64,000 nucleotides of DNA from an uncultured virus (IMG/VR IMGVR_UViG_3300049445_000078) (IMGVR_UViG_3300049445_000078); one strand, 5' to 3'. Shown: positions 10,027 through 20,131, counted from the stretch's first letter. Translations and numbers: made by a program. Notes: a model not told the origin generated them from the sequence alone.

Positions 10027-11424
10027 TTATGTCTCTTCGATGGATACGGCGGCGCTATCCGTGGCCTTAATTTCCTTAATCGACACAAAGCACCTTCCCG
10101 GACCGGTTTGATTATACACATAAATGCCGAAGGCGGCACTGTCCTTATTCGTCTCCGTGACCGCCATTACTAGGGTAACGGTGGGTAGTGCAGGGGGCTT
10201 GGTATCTGTACCGAAAAACTGCTGGACTCTTGCCCATAGCCCCTTCTTCTCCCGAACAGGCTCACTGAACGGCTCGTACCACTGGATGAGCTTGGTCAGG
10301 ATCGGGAAGATCGGGGCAGAAGGAGCGGTAGCCTGCTGCAACCCAGTCCCAAGTCCCGGCTTCTTTCGGACAGGCTCCGACCACGGGTACAGCCAAGTTG
10401 GTATCTTGGAAGTCGGGATAGGCGTCGTATCGGCAGTAAAGGTCTGCTGAAGGGTGTAGGACAGACCTTGCTTTTGTCTGACAGGCTCGCTGAGCGGATC
10501 AAACCACTGGATCAGCGTTGTGAGGGTTGGGAAGACCGGGGGCTCAGCGGAGAATTGCTGCTCCGCAACAGGCAGACCCAGTTTCAGACGAACTGGATTG
10601 GTCCATGACTCGAACCACTTATCAACAGTGATAACTTCAGGGACCGGCGGCAGAAGCGGGGCAGCAACGGCCTGATGTTGCTCAACACCTACCTTACGCC
10701 TTGTCGGATCAGACCATGGATACTGCCAGCCCTCGATGAACGTACTCGGGATAGGAAGAAAATATGTATATGCGAGAGATTGCTGGTCTGCTGTCGGGAA
10801 ATATCTGGTTCTGACAGGCTCTCTAAATGGCGAGTACCACTTACTGACCGTTATGACTTCTGCCGGAGGCGTGGTATTTGGCGCAGCCAGCACCGATTGA
10901 AGCGCAGCAGAGATTGCCCTTCTTCTCGGTTCCGAGAATGGCACATACCAGTCAATGGCATTTGGTATGACGGCTGTTTCAGCAACAACCTGATAGATGA
11001 TCGTCTTTTGGAAGGAGAGGCCGGTATCACCCTGCTCCAGATTAAAATAGGTCGGGGCAACAGGTGGCGGTGGCGTCCCTGCAATTAACGGGCTGGTAAT
11101 CGCGCCCCAGATGGTAACGCGGGTAAAGGTGACGGTTCCACTCTCACCTTCAAAGAAGGTCGGGACGGTCGCAGCAGTTGGCTTCAGAACTGGCTCGGTA
11201 TGGGACTGGTAGAAAAACCTGCTGCGGTAAGTAACCGGCGAACTGAGCGCAGACGTAACTACTGCTGTAACCGGAGTAGGCGTAAAAACCGGCTCCGTAT
11301 GCGACTGATAAATAAAGCTTCTGGGGAAGATAACGGCGGTAGTCATTGCCGCTACGAAAATTGCAGCAGCAACGGTTGGTACGGTAACCGGCTCCGTCTT
11401 TATCTGATAGAGCCACCTAGACAT
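10027..11424 (-). CDS. Pro/Trp-rich repeat virion protein (WxxPxSEPVR repeats)
   Basis: Seven imperfect W-x-x-P-[FWL]-S-E-P-V-R units; C-terminus similar to 12945..13547. Confidence 0.65.
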   Translation of the reverse strand: MSRWLYQIKTEPVTVPTVAAAIFVAAMTTAVIFPRSFIYQSHTEPVFTPTPVTAVVTSALSSPVTYRSRFFYQSHTEPVLKPTAATVPTFFEGESGTVTFTRVTIWGAITSPLIAGTPPPPVAPTYFNLEQGDTGLSFQKTIIYQVVAETAVIPNAIDWYVPFSEPRRRAISAALQSVLAAPNTTPPAEVITVSKWYSPFREPVRTRYFPTADQQSLAYTYFLPIPSTFIEGWQYPWSDPTRRKVGVEQHQAVAAPLLPPVPEVITVDKWFESWTNPVRLKLGLPVAEQQFSAEPPVFPTLTTLIQWFDPLSEPVRQKQGLSYTLQQTFTADTTPIPTSKIPTWLYPWSEPVRKKPGLGTGLQQATAPSAPIFPILTKLIQWYEPFSEPVREKKGLWARVQQFFGTDTKPPALPTVTLVMAVTETNKDSAAFGIYVYNQTGPGRCFVSIKEIKATDSAAVSIEET

Positions 11425-11430
11425 TTATAT

Positions 11431-12561
11431 CTAATACCCCGTTGGAGTTCTTCTATCGAATACCATTGATAGATTTGAATCTACCGAAATAGCTCCGCCA
11501 GCAGGCGCTGTGATGGTGATGCCGGTGTTATGGCCATTGTCTATGGAGCTACTCGCAGTGAACGTGCCGCCGCCTGTAAAAGCTATATCTCGAAGGGAGA
11601 CATATTGCAGGGTTGATGCTCCACTGGATACAGAAATTGTTGCCAATGTCCCCAATGTGTCGGAACATATGAAGAGATAATCGGACGCGTTTGCCGTCAT
11701 TGTAAACGCATTCGACACAGTTTGAGTGGTAGAGCCTACAAGATTAAGTGTTAGCGGCGTTGTTAGCGTGCCACAAGCAATATTAGCGAACGTATTTGCT
11801 CCAGTGATCTTGTTAAATCCACCTAATGTATTTCCTCCGCTTATAGTAAAGGTTCCATATGTTGTTACGCCGCCGCCCACAAAAGTCCTATTAGTCGTTT
11901 GGTTTGCATCGACTATCCAATTTATATTCGCAGTAAACCCGGAAGAGGTCAGCCCGCTTGTTGTAAGATTCCAAGGAGTCGTAGCGCCTCCGCTCGTTCT
12001 TACGGTCCAGGTTCCGGTCCCTATCAAAACGCGGGTGCTACCACTGTTACAAATAAAATTTATCAGACTGACGTTAAAGCTTTGCGCGTCAAAGGTTCCG
12101 GCAGTAAGTGTTATTGTGGCATTAACGCTGGCAACCATTCCGACTATTGCATCCTGCAATTGGAATGTGCCACCCGCCCCATTAAAAGTTAAAGCAGGAA
12201 CCGTTTTGCCATTGGTAGTTATCTGTTGAGTGCCGGAAGTTCCTGTAAATGTGAAAGTTCCTGTATGGGCATAGGTTGCGCCTACCCCGTCTGGTAGCGT
12301 GAGATTGCCGCCTGATATAGTAATAGCTGCCGCACCAGTAATGGCATTTTTAGAGCCCGTGCAGACCAGAGAATTGAGTGAGATTACGGTATTCCAAACC
12401 GATCCTCCAGTTCCACTATTGCCGTCAAATATAACATCATCCCCGGTTACTGGTATGGCGGCCCCGCCTGCCCCGCCTGATCCAATAATTGACCAGTTTG
12501 TAGGACCTACTGCATTCCAGTTGGTAGAGCTACCGCCGCCGACCCACCAGTGCGTCGTCAT
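11431..12561 (-). CDS. Beta-solenoid/adhesin-like receptor-binding protein
   Basis: WVGGGSSTNW...PVTGDDVIFD N-terminus followed by G/T/N-rich beta repeats. Confidence 0.6.
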   Translation of the reverse strand: MTTHWWVGGGSSTNWNAVGPTNWSIIGSGGAGGAAIPVTGDDVIFDGNSGTGGSVWNTVISLNSLVCTGSKNAITGAAAITISGGNLTLPDGVGATYAHTGTFTFTGTSGTQQITTNGKTVPALTFNGAGGTFQLQDAIVGMVASVNATITLTAGTFDAQSFNVSLINFICNSGSTRVLIGTGTWTVRTSGGATTPWNLTTSGLTSSGFTANINWIVDANQTTNRTFVGGGVTTYGTFTISGGNTLGGFNKITGANTFANIACGTLTTPLTLNLVGSTTQTVSNAFTMTANASDYLFICSDTLGTLATISVSSGASTLQYVSLRDIAFTGGGTFTASSSIDNGHNTGITITAPAGGAISVDSNLSMVFDRRTPTGY

Positions 12562-12565
12562 TGGC

Positions 12566-12943
12566 TTATCCTAATGCCGGAGGGGCCATGACTGGCGGCA
12601 GCGGCTGTATCACCTTATTTTGCGAGTTAGAGATTTGCGTATTGAGATCGGTTGCCTGCGTATTGAGCGTAGTTTGCTGTGCAGTGAGACTGTCGATCTG
12701 GGCCTGCAAGGCAGTGATTTGGTTGTTCACATCATCGAGTTGCTGTTGCAAGATGACTGCCGGATCGGGTGGAGTGCTGGCTACCGCGATGAAATTATCA
12801 ATCCTTGCCTGCTTCAATGCGTCAATGTCGGTCGGTTGCAATTTGGCATATTCATCCTGGGTGAAATACAGGGCATCGCAATACGATCCGTAGGTTGGGT
12901 CGGTGTAGGTAAAAGTAAGGCGGATAGCGATATCGTCAGCCAT
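12566..12943 (-). CDS. Coiled-coil protein
   Basis: LQQQLDDVNNQITALQAQIDSL heptad pattern; tightly packed with both neighbours. Confidence 0.6.
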   Translation of the reverse strand: MADDIAIRLTFTYTDPTYGSYCDALYFTQDEYAKLQPTDIDALKQARIDNFIAVASTPPDPAVILQQQLDDVNNQITALQAQIDSLTAQQTTLNTQATDLNTQISNSQNKVIQPLPPVMAPPALG

Positions 12944-12944
12944 G

Positions 12945-13547
12945 CTAAGGCTCCTCTATTGAGACATTCCCGCCTTCCGTTGCGGGTATTTCTTTTACAG
13001 TAACATTGGAACCCATTATTAGCACATACGGCGTCGGGGGAGTATCATAGACATCGACCCCGGATATGATCGTGTCCCTGTTCGACTCACTTACGGACAT
13101 GACAAGGAAGATACTCGGTGGAGCAAGCTTAAGTGGTGGATGAGCAAGGGTCTGCTGAAGGAAGGATTTAAGCCCCTTCTTAGGCCATACCGGCTCAGCA
13201 AACCATTGATACCAGCCCTCTAATGTGTTGGATGGGCTAGGAACTACAGAAAAAGGCAATGAATTGAAGAGATTAAGTCCGGGTCCCAACCTCGGCCTGA
13301 CTCTGACCGGCTCGGACCACGCCTGATGCCAGCGGCTCTCAAACTTCTGGATAATCTCTGTATTTGGGTTGAGAACCGGAGCAATCAGCCCTGACGTTAT
13401 TAGGGCAACTGCAAGTCGCGGTATTATCTTTTGACGCACCGGCTCAGACCACGCCTGATGCCAAGCACTCTCAAAACTCTGAATAAATAAGACCGCCTCT
13501 GGGGGCTCTGCCTTAATTTGATATTGTTGAGTATTGAATGACATCAA
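12945..13547 (-). CDS. Trp-repeat virion protein, short paralog of 10027..11424
   Basis: WHQAWSEPVR twice and WYQWFAEPVW once; shared C-terminal LVMxVxExNxD...KEIxAT...VSIEE. Confidence 0.65.
   Translation of the reverse strand: MMSFNTQQYQIKAEPPEAVLFIQSFESAWHQAWSEPVRQKIIPRLAVALITSGLIAPVLNPNTEIIQKFESRWHQAWSEPVRVRPRLGPGLNLFNSLPFSVVPSPSNTLEGWYQWFAEPVWPKKGLKSFLQQTLAHPPLKLAPPSIFLVMSVSESNRDTIISGVDVYDTPPTPYVLIMGSNVTVKEIPATEGGNVSIEEP
13307..13477. repeat. Near-identical direct repeat pair within the Trp-repeat gene
   Basis: accggctcggaccacgcctgatgcca at 13306 and accggctcagaccacgcctgatgcca at 13438, both followed closely by ctctcaaa. Confidence 0.8.
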
Positions 13548-14209
13548 TACCCAACCATGGTCGGCCTTGACCTTGTAATGGAACCGAGCGGTGGAAGAAA
13601 CGCACTCTCAGCAGCCGGTGCTATTGCAAGGGTTTGTGCAACCCAATCCTTAACAGAAGAAACAGTCCACGCGCTGGGATCGTCACTAGAAGCGTTCAAC
13701 TGTCTTTGGGCGGAACCTATACAAAGCGTAACGCCTCCGGTTTGACTGAGGGTATTTGTGTAGTTTGTAGGCGATACGCTAATGGCTTCATTAAAATCCT
13801 GCGCAAACGCTGAAATCCATAAGGTATCTTTAGCCCCCCACGAAGGAGCAAGGGACGGAGAGTTTGGAAATCTTGAGGTGCCAGTGGCTGCTACCCCTTT
13901 TTCAGGGATAAGACCCCAGCCGGAAATTCTATATATGTTGTAAACAGTAAGACTGGCAGTGCCTAAAGTGAATGTTTGCGATGCACCCTCGGTGCCATCA
14001 GAAACACGGTAACCTACTGATAATTGGACGGTGTTGTTATCCGCAGATAGGAAAGACCACCCTGCTAAACTAACCGTAGTTGTTCCAGAAAACCCAAAGA
14101 CGACAAGCAGCAAGTCTCCAGCCACAACACCGGCTGGCATATTGACGACTTGTGACGTACTGGAAGTGTTACTCCCGCCTGTCGTACTCTGAGGGTTTGG
14201 GAAGGTCAT
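13544..14209 (-). CDS. Beta-sandwich virion accessory protein
   Basis: MPAGVVAGDLLLVVF, YRVSDGTEG and PNSPSLAPSW motifs; S/T-rich; ends ...MVGY. Confidence 0.6.
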   Translation of the reverse strand: MTFPNPQSTTGGSNTSSTSQVVNMPAGVVAGDLLLVVFGFSGTTTVSLAGWSFLSADNNTVQLSVGYRVSDGTEGASQTFTLGTASLTVYNIYRISGWGLIPEKGVAATGTSRFPNSPSLAPSWGAKDTLWISAFAQDFNEAISVSPTNYTNTLSQTGGVTLCIGSAQRQLNASSDDPSAWTVSSVKDWVAQTLAIAPAAESAFLPPLGSITRSRPTMVGY

Positions 14210-14244
14210 TTTGAACTATCCGACCCAGCAGGGAGGCGCTCACC

Positions 14245-14526
14245 TCATAGTCCATATGATCGGAGAGCAATCTCTCGCTTCTCCATCTGTTCCAGCTTCT
14301 TCTCAAACGGAACGCAGGGGCCATCGGCACAGGTCGGGCAGACCATCTTCATGCAGTTGCGGCACATCGAACCGAAGTCATCCATGGGAGCAAGAGGTTT
14401 TACATGGATGACTCTGTTGCAATGTTTACAAGTGTATGTGTCCCGCTCTACCAAACCAGCAGATATCTCCTCACACCGCATCCTATCGAAGGATACCTTC
14501 GACGGCTCGGGAGAGACGATAAGCAT
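14245..14526 (-). CDS. Cys-rich Zn-binding protein
   Basis: CKHC, CRNC and CPTC pairs plus a further Cys. Confidence 0.6.
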   Translation of the reverse strand: MLIVSPEPSKVSFDRMRCEEISAGLVERDTYTCKHCNRVIHVKPLAPMDDFGSMCRNCMKMVCPTCADGPCVPFEKKLEQMEKREIALRSYGL

Positions 14527-14557
14527 ATATCCACCAGGGTTGCGAATGACACAACTC

Positions 14558-15112
14558 TCAGAGTTCGGTGAACAATACCGTTGCCGTCACAGTGCCGGTG
14601 AACGAAGCAAGACCGTTGCAGCGCAAATCCCACCCTGCGGATGAGGTTGCCGGATAAACCATCTCAGAGCCGGGAGCGGCAACCCAGCGATACGAAGCAC
14701 GCTGGTTGATGCCTACGGTCCAGAGTTGGGATGTCATGGTGATGTTGGTCTCTGCCGATGTATTGGCCACCAAGACCGCGTTGCAGTTATAGTCGGCAAT
14801 ATCAAGGGCAAGCGCACTTGATACGCTGGAGAGTCCACCAGTATTGGTGATGATGGACGATCCAAATGCCGATAGACGACCGGCATCCCACTGAATCGCA
14901 AGATCGCCCGGTGTCGAGTTGGTCCCGATGAGGATATCGTAGATTCTCCCGCGCCGTGCCGACACGATGGGCTGTGCGCCCTGAGTCGGGAAGTTAACGG
15001 AATTGCTGGTGCCGTTAACGATGGAGATGATCGACTTGGGAGAGGTGGTCATGGCTTGACCCGTGCCGCCAAATCCCGCCTGTGTAGCATTCGCAACGCT
15101 AAAGCTTGCCAT
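14558..15112 (-). CDS. Ser/Thr-rich virion protein
   Basis: 184 aa with AGGAG RBS; NQRASYRWVAAPGSE motif. Confidence 0.65.
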   Translation of the reverse strand: MASFSVANATQAGFGGTGQAMTTSPKSIISIVNGTSNSVNFPTQGAQPIVSARRGRIYDILIGTNSTPGDLAIQWDAGRLSAFGSSIITNTGGLSSVSSALALDIADYNCNAVLVANTSAETNITMTSQLWTVGINQRASYRWVAAPGSEMVYPATSSAGWDLRCNGLASFTGTVTATVLFTEL

Positions 15113-15204
15113 GGAATTTGCTCCTATCCTTGGCCATCAAGATGGGGGCTGTTATTCTGTGCTCCCGACCAGATCGATTGAACGTGTGGCATAGTCTATT
15201 TCTT

Positions 15205-15726
15205 TTAACCTGCGTTGAAGAAGGGGCCGTGAAGTTGCTTGGCTGTGGCAGAGGCCCAAGCATAAGCCTCTTCTTTAGTCTTAAAGTAGCGTTGCTTTCT
15301 GGTTTTACCAAACCAGACCGAACCTTGGTAAAGGTCTCTATATTTTCGTTTAGAGACCCATTTAGTATTTATGGCGTTTGTCTTCCGTACCAGAGTATTT
15401 GCAGCCTGTTCACTATAACTGGCCAGTCGAAGATTAATTATACGATTATCACCCTTATCGCCATTGATGTGATCTATTGTCATGGATGGCCATTCGCCAT
15501 TAACGTATGTCCAAACAATATGATGAGCATAGAACTGGACATACTTTCCTTCTCTTCGTAGACCAATTTTCCTGTATCCGGGTCCAACAAAACAACCAGC
15601 AGGCTTATTGCGATGCCTGCCCATGCCGCGCTCTTTCCAAAAAACCTCTCCTGTGTTGGGATTAACAACAAAGAAATCCCTGATTTCATCAAGGGAGAGA
15701 CTTTTATCGTGATTGATAGCAACCAT
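15205..15726 (-). CDS. HNH homing endonuclease with AP2-like domain
   Basis: AHHIVW...IDHINGDKGDNRIINLR and YFKTKEEAYAW motifs. Confidence 0.9.
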   Translation of the reverse strand: MVAINHDKSLSLDEIRDFFVVNPNTGEVFWKERGMGRHRNKPAGCFVGPGYRKIGLRREGKYVQFYAHHIVWTYVNGEWPSMTIDHINGDKGDNRIINLRLASYSEQAANTLVRKTNAINTKWVSKRKYRDLYQGSVWFGKTRKQRYFKTKEEAYAWASATAKQLHGPFFNAG

Positions 15727-15728
15727 TC

Positions 15729-16610
15729 TTATTTGCCACCATCTTTGGCTTCCTCTCGAAGCCGGTCTAAGTAGCTTATATCAGAGTTATCCTGTACGCC
15801 AGCATGAATAGAAGTTACATAATCGAGGTCCTCAAGAGCTCCTTCGAGATAAGTCAGGTTATGTATTAAACTATCTCGCTGCTGTCTCATGCTGTTAACC
15901 CGCTCCTTAATTTCGGTAGTTCTAGCCAGAATTTTGCGACCGAATGGCCCCACATCGGAATATCCATAGAGGCCCGGCGGTTGCATAATATCAGATTCGT
16001 AAGGGGCCGAGACCTTGCAGCCGCGTCTAGCACACTCGATCATGAAATAGTAAGCTCCGGGCCTTTGGATAATATATTCCTCCCGAGACGCCATATCGAT
16101 TCCGTAGAGAGCAATCTCCGTCGCCCCCTGCTTCATCGCCAAGGCCATCATCCAAGCAAAGGATGAGGTAAAGAAATACGGCCCAAATTCCTTCACCATG
16201 TCGCGCATGGGATAAATCAGGGCATTCGGTACCAGACTCTGATCCTGCATATAGACCGGGAATTTCTGCTGCTTGAGCCACTCGATATACGGCTTGCCAT
16301 AATGTTCGTTCTGCGGCCACAGCAGATTGGTACCGTGAATTTCGAACCAAGCATCGACCTTGGGAAGGGCCCCCTGATTTCCGGGGGAACAGGCCCAGAT
16401 TGTCCAAGTCGGATCATTGAACGGAGCCATCATTCTGGATGATGGAGCGGTGCCAATAAGAGCAACCTTGAGAGGTTTAACCTCAGTTACGGGAGTCTCG
16501 TTCTTGGTTTGTTCATTTAGCTTCAATAGCTCAGTAACTGGCGGGATTTCCATCCCAATCCCATTCTGCGGAGGGGTTTTCTCGATAAAGCGTGGCGTCA
16601 ATAGCGTCAT
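15729..16610 (-). CDS. Putative CMP-nonulosonate glycosyltransferase (GT42/GT29/Maf-like fold)
   Basis: KVALIGTAPS...IWACS...TSSFAWMMALAMKQGATEIALYGIDM follows the order and spacing pattern of CstII-type sialyltransferase motifs (IIAGNGPS...TSG...LGYKEIYLSGIDF, recalled from memory). Confidence 0.6.
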   Translation of the reverse strand: MTLLTPRFIEKTPPQNGIGMEIPPVTELLKLNEQTKNETPVTEVKPLKVALIGTAPSSRMMAPFNDPTWTIWACSPGNQGALPKVDAWFEIHGTNLLWPQNEHYGKPYIEWLKQQKFPVYMQDQSLVPNALIYPMRDMVKEFGPYFFTSSFAWMMALAMKQGATEIALYGIDMASREEYIIQRPGAYYFMIECARRGCKVSAPYESDIMQPPGLYGYSDVGPFGRKILARTTEIKERVNSMRQQRDSLIHNLTYLEGALEDLDYVTSIHAGVQDNSDISYLDRLREEAKDGGK

Positions 16611-16612
16611 GG

Positions 16613-16996
16613 TTAGGACCCTGTGATTTCGCCGCTGAGGAAGTCAACGACTTGGCCTGCTGTCACAAGGGTAGTGTTTAGCCCATTGGAAAGGATGATG
16701 TCAGCACCGGAAAGCGGGATTCCCACAGTAAGGCCGGAGATTTCCAGAGAGCCATCTCCAGCTTCGATTCTCGCACTGTTGATAGACCCGGTATTGGCTG
16801 CCGATGGATCAAGGATGTTCCCATAAAAGGTCAGAACGCCGCCACTGACCGTCCCGCATGGATTAGCCAATTGAACACTGGAAACGAGGGTGCCCCCGGC
16901 ATAGAGCCGCATATACCCGTTCCCGGCGCTGTCAATGGCCGAGACAACGCCTTGGAGACGAGCGTTGATGGCGCTTTGACTGTAATTAACACTCAT
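16613..16996 (-). CDS. Virion protein
   Basis: 127 aa beta-rich ORF tightly packed in the operon. Confidence 0.6.
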   Translation of the reverse strand: MSVNYSQSAINARLQGVVSAIDSAGNGYMRLYAGGTLVSSVQLANPCGTVSGGVLTFYGNILDPSAANTGSINSARIEAGDGSLEISGLTVGIPLSGADIILSNGLNTTLVTAGQVVDFLSGEITGS

Positions 16997-16999
16997 ATA

Positions 17000-17641
17000 T
17001 CACCCGCTCTGAAGAACGGTCGCATAACCAGAACCTGCCCCACTTGAAGTGCTGGTCAGGGTTACGCGCCATGCGGTGATAGGAGTGGTGATAGAACCAA
17101 GCGTATTGGAAGCTACCGTAGAGCCAAGGCTGGAAATCGTGGCTTGAGGGCCGACCGTGGTATTAGGATTATCCCAATGGGCTGCCTGAACATTGTAGAT
17201 CGGCGCGTCCATCGTATATTCAAAACTTAGCCCCATGCTATTGGCTGTCGATGTCAGACCGAGCAAGAACCCAACATTGATGGGGTTTCTATTGGTATCC
17301 AGGCCCTTCCAAGGTGTTCCACCCTGAGTATTCGTTCCAACATACCCTTGCGTGCTGGTGAAGGTCGGAGACACAATACTGGTGACGCTGATGAAGTCCT
17401 GAGTGGTCGCTACCGCAGCCCCGGTAGTCGAACCGGAAACCGTCTCGGAGATCGTTGTTCCTGTCTCGGAAAGACCAGTGATTGTCCAAGTACCGGCAAC
17501 GCTGGTAGAGCCCCAGACGATGAGGCGGCGACCTGTACCTAAAGATGATGTATTGAGGGTAACGACGCCACCAGACGAAACAGCAGCAACGCCGGTTGAA
17601 GAAGCTGCGATGAGGTTCTTTGAGACGTAGATCGGTAACAT
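17000..17641 (-). CDS. Ser/Thr-rich virion protein
   Basis: Hand count gives about 69 S+T in 213 aa; GAGG RBS. Confidence 0.65.
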   Translation of the reverse strand: MLPIYVSKNLIAASSTGVAAVSSGGVVTLNTSSLGTGRRLIVWGSTSVAGTWTITGLSETGTTISETVSGSTTGAAVATTQDFISVTSIVSPTFTSTQGYVGTNTQGGTPWKGLDTNRNPINVGFLLGLTSTANSMGLSFEYTMDAPIYNVQAAHWDNPNTTVGPQATISSLGSTVASNTLGSITTPITAWRVTLTSTSSGAGSGYATVLQSG

Positions 17642-17853
17642 CGCTGGCCTCTATTTATGACGAAATTTCGCGAAGGTCAGCGCCAATCTCGCCCTCTTTC
17701 CGACAACCCCAGGGGAACCCTTATGCTTCTGAGCAAACTCTGAAGTTGACATTCCTGCTCTGTGTGCAGCGGTTCGTAAAGCCCCTTTGTGCTTTACTGC
17801 GTGCTGCATCCAATGTCCGGCTCCGCCACCGGATGCGTATTCGGCAGAGCCAC

Positions 17854-18135
17854 CTACCCCTTGTGGGGATGCGGATTGCCACCCGGCTCACGCGGCTTGA
17901 CATGGGCGCTTGAGAACGGAGACTTATCCGCACCAACGCCACCACCTCTGGCACGCTTATCCAAGCGGCCACCGCTGGCATAACCAGGAACCTTGCCACC
18001 AGACTTACGCTTGTGAATCTTGCCACCGCGCTTGTGGCTGGTCGTTGACTCGGCCTCATGAGCGACATTGGACTCACCACCGGCATAAACAACCTTGCCG
18101 CCGTGAGCCTTATGATGCTTGTGTCGATGTGCCAT
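17854..18135 (-). CDS. Small basic His/Lys-rich protein with repeated xxGG motifs
   Basis: AHGGK, KRGGK, KSGGK, YASGGR, RARGGG; AGGAG RBS. Confidence 0.7.
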   Translation of the reverse strand: MAHRHKHHKAHGGKVVYAGGESNVAHEAESTTSHKRGGKIHKRKSGGKVPGYASGGRLDKRARGGGVGADKSPFSSAHVKPREPGGNPHPHKG

Positions 18136-18145
18136 TCATTGCTCC

Positions 18146-19144
18146 TTAGAAGTTCGAGAACTGGGTAATGCCGAACATCGAAGCCTGACTCGATGCGGTA
18201 ATGCCATTTGCCATAAGGGCATTGACATTCTGCTGGATGTAAACCCTGACCGTGGTGCTGTTGGCTGCACTGAGCGTACCGGAAGTACCACTGGTTGCTA
18301 TCGAGGATGTGTAAGTTCCTCTGGCATCAGGAGTCGTTGAAGTCGCAGTCGCCACAGTCGAAGCCACGGTCGCATTGGCTGAGGTCAGGGCAATCACGTT
18401 AGCTGTCGTCGGAACTGACGAAACAACAACGGTCGTTGCCGTGAAGTATGGCGCATAGATCGGAAGACCGAAGGTATCCGTGAACCCAATACCGACACCC
18501 GTGGCACTGATCGTCGTATTGGTCGCCGGGATGACCGACTGGATATACTTGAACGCCTTCTTGCCCTGACCGGCACCTGTCGAGGTCGTCGAGGCACCAA
18601 TCAACTCCGTCATCTTGATGCCGTACATATCACGGCCATTGACGTAATAGAGTTCCGAGTTGGCATTCGATGAATTGATGACGGTGATAGTGCGCCCAGG
18701 ACTAGCGTTCGGATTCCAGAGGGCTACCGTTCCACCCGAGCCGAATGTCAGGACGGACGAAGTGCTATCGATAGCAATCACGGAGACGCTTTGCCCGGTC
18801 TCAGGAGCGATGAGCGTAGTCGTGAAAGTACCAATGCTTGCTAGAGCGGTCAGGGTCAGAGCCGTACCCGCAGTAGGAGCATTGCCTGTCGAGGGAGCAA
18901 TGGCACTGGAGTTTTTGGCCCACGGGCAGAAGTCAATCGTAACCGTCTGATCGTAGAAGCCCTTGATCTGCGTTCCAACAGGACTGCCGGGGTCATAGTT
19001 GTAGTACGAACGAGGATCGAGCATCGCCTGCCCAAGATCGAACAGGCTGGGGGCGCGCTCCTCGTTATATTCCGTTACAGCACCGCTTGTAGTCTGAGTA
19101 ATGCCGTAACTGACATACGGGCCTGAATTAGCAGTGATGCCCAT
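18146..19144 (-). CDS. Ser/Thr-rich capsid-associated protein
   Basis: Directly downstream of the major capsid gene; GRDMYG and GKKAFKYI motifs; AGGAG RBS. Confidence 0.7.
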   Translation of the reverse strand: MGITANSGPYVSYGITQTTSGAVTEYNEERAPSLFDLGQAMLDPRSYYNYDPGSPVGTQIKGFYDQTVTIDFCPWAKNSSAIAPSTGNAPTAGTALTLTALASIGTFTTTLIAPETGQSVSVIAIDSTSSVLTFGSGGTVALWNPNASPGRTITVINSSNANSELYYVNGRDMYGIKMTELIGASTTSTGAGQGKKAFKYIQSVIPATNTTISATGVGIGFTDTFGLPIYAPYFTATTVVVSSVPTTANVIALTSANATVASTVATATSTTPDARGTYTSSIATSGTSGTLSAANSTTVRVYIQQNVNALMANGITASSQASMFGITQFSNF

Positions 19145-19188
19145 AATTGACTCCTATTTTATCTCGCATCTCTTCTGCTAAGTCCTTG

Positions 19189-20109
19189 TTATGACGTGGG
19201 GAAAGTTCCCCAAACGGCTCTCCAATCGTAATAGCTTGGCACGTATCTTTGATATCCCTTTACCAGCAGGTTATCCGTGGTGAACTCAACCGACATATCC
19301 ATCTCGAATGGCTTGCGGTTGAAGAAGATCAGGCCATCGTGGTTGGTGCAGATGAACCACGCAAAGCTCGATGTCAGGTAGTCCCACACCATGAAGCCCT
19401 CTTTCAGAGAGTCGTTCATGCCGAGAACCGCGTTCACATCGTTCTGTGCAGTGCCGGGGCGTAGTTCTGAGCGGAATAGACGTAGCGCAATCGGCTCAAG
19501 ATTCGGTGGAACCAGAACCTTGCGGCCTCTGGCGTGAATCTTCAGACCAGCATTGTCGCGCCATGTTGAACGGATCGTAATCAGGGCGTTCAAGAGAGAC
19601 GTTTCGTTCAGGTCAACGTCAGGGCTCGGTTGATTGCCAATCGTGCCATACGGAGGGTCGATTGGATGGGACGTATTGAAGAGTGATACGCCGTCGCCTT
19701 GGACCGCCGTGTTGAAAGTCGTGCCGGTGTTGAAGACGTTGGCCGCGTAGATTTCTTCGGTTTCCTTGAAGGATTCCATAAGACCGTCATTCGACGGGCC
19801 GAACTCTGCCTTATACAGGTTGTCATCAATGGCCTTGCGGGTAATCGCATAGCCAAGGCCGATTTCCAGATGTTCGGCGTTGTAGACGAACCGCTGGCCA
19901 GCCGAGTTATCGAAGGAGGTCGGTGCGCCTTCCTGCTTCAACTGAGCATAACCGAGGTAGCGCATCGCTGCCCTACGCTCTAGGGCCATGACCGAATCAG
20001 TCTGTCTAAAGACCTTCGGCCACTGCCGTTCGATCATCGGGTATTTCCCTGAGATTCCCCAAAGCCCCGGAAGCAACAGGTCTCGGATTTGACTTAATGC
20101 AACAGGCAT
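19189..20109 (-). CDS. Major capsid protein
   Basis: LLLPGLWG, ITRKAIDDNLY, DGVSLFNTSHP, DLNETSL, DYLTS and DWRAVWG motifs of a known MCP family; AGGAG RBS. Confidence 0.9.
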   Translation of the reverse strand: MPVALSQIRDLLLPGLWGISGKYPMIERQWPKVFRQTDSVMALERRAAMRYLGYAQLKQEGAPTSFDNSAGQRFVYNAEHLEIGLGYAITRKAIDDNLYKAEFGPSNDGLMESFKETEEIYAANVFNTGTTFNTAVQGDGVSLFNTSHPIDPPYGTIGNQPSPDVDLNETSLLNALITIRSTWRDNAGLKIHARGRKVLVPPNLEPIALRLFRSELRPGTAQNDVNAVLGMNDSLKEGFMVWDYLTSSFAWFICTNHDGLIFFNRKPFEMDMSVEFTTDNLLVKGYQRYVPSYYDWRAVWGTFPTS

Positions 20110-20131
20110 CGGTTATCTCCTGAATGCCTTT

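Noticed and set aside
10027..13547. Repeats as a CRISPR array or DGR template/variable pair
   Set aside because: They are protein-coding and degenerate, there is no reverse transcriptase or cas gene in the window, and I saw no adenine-specific mismatch pattern.
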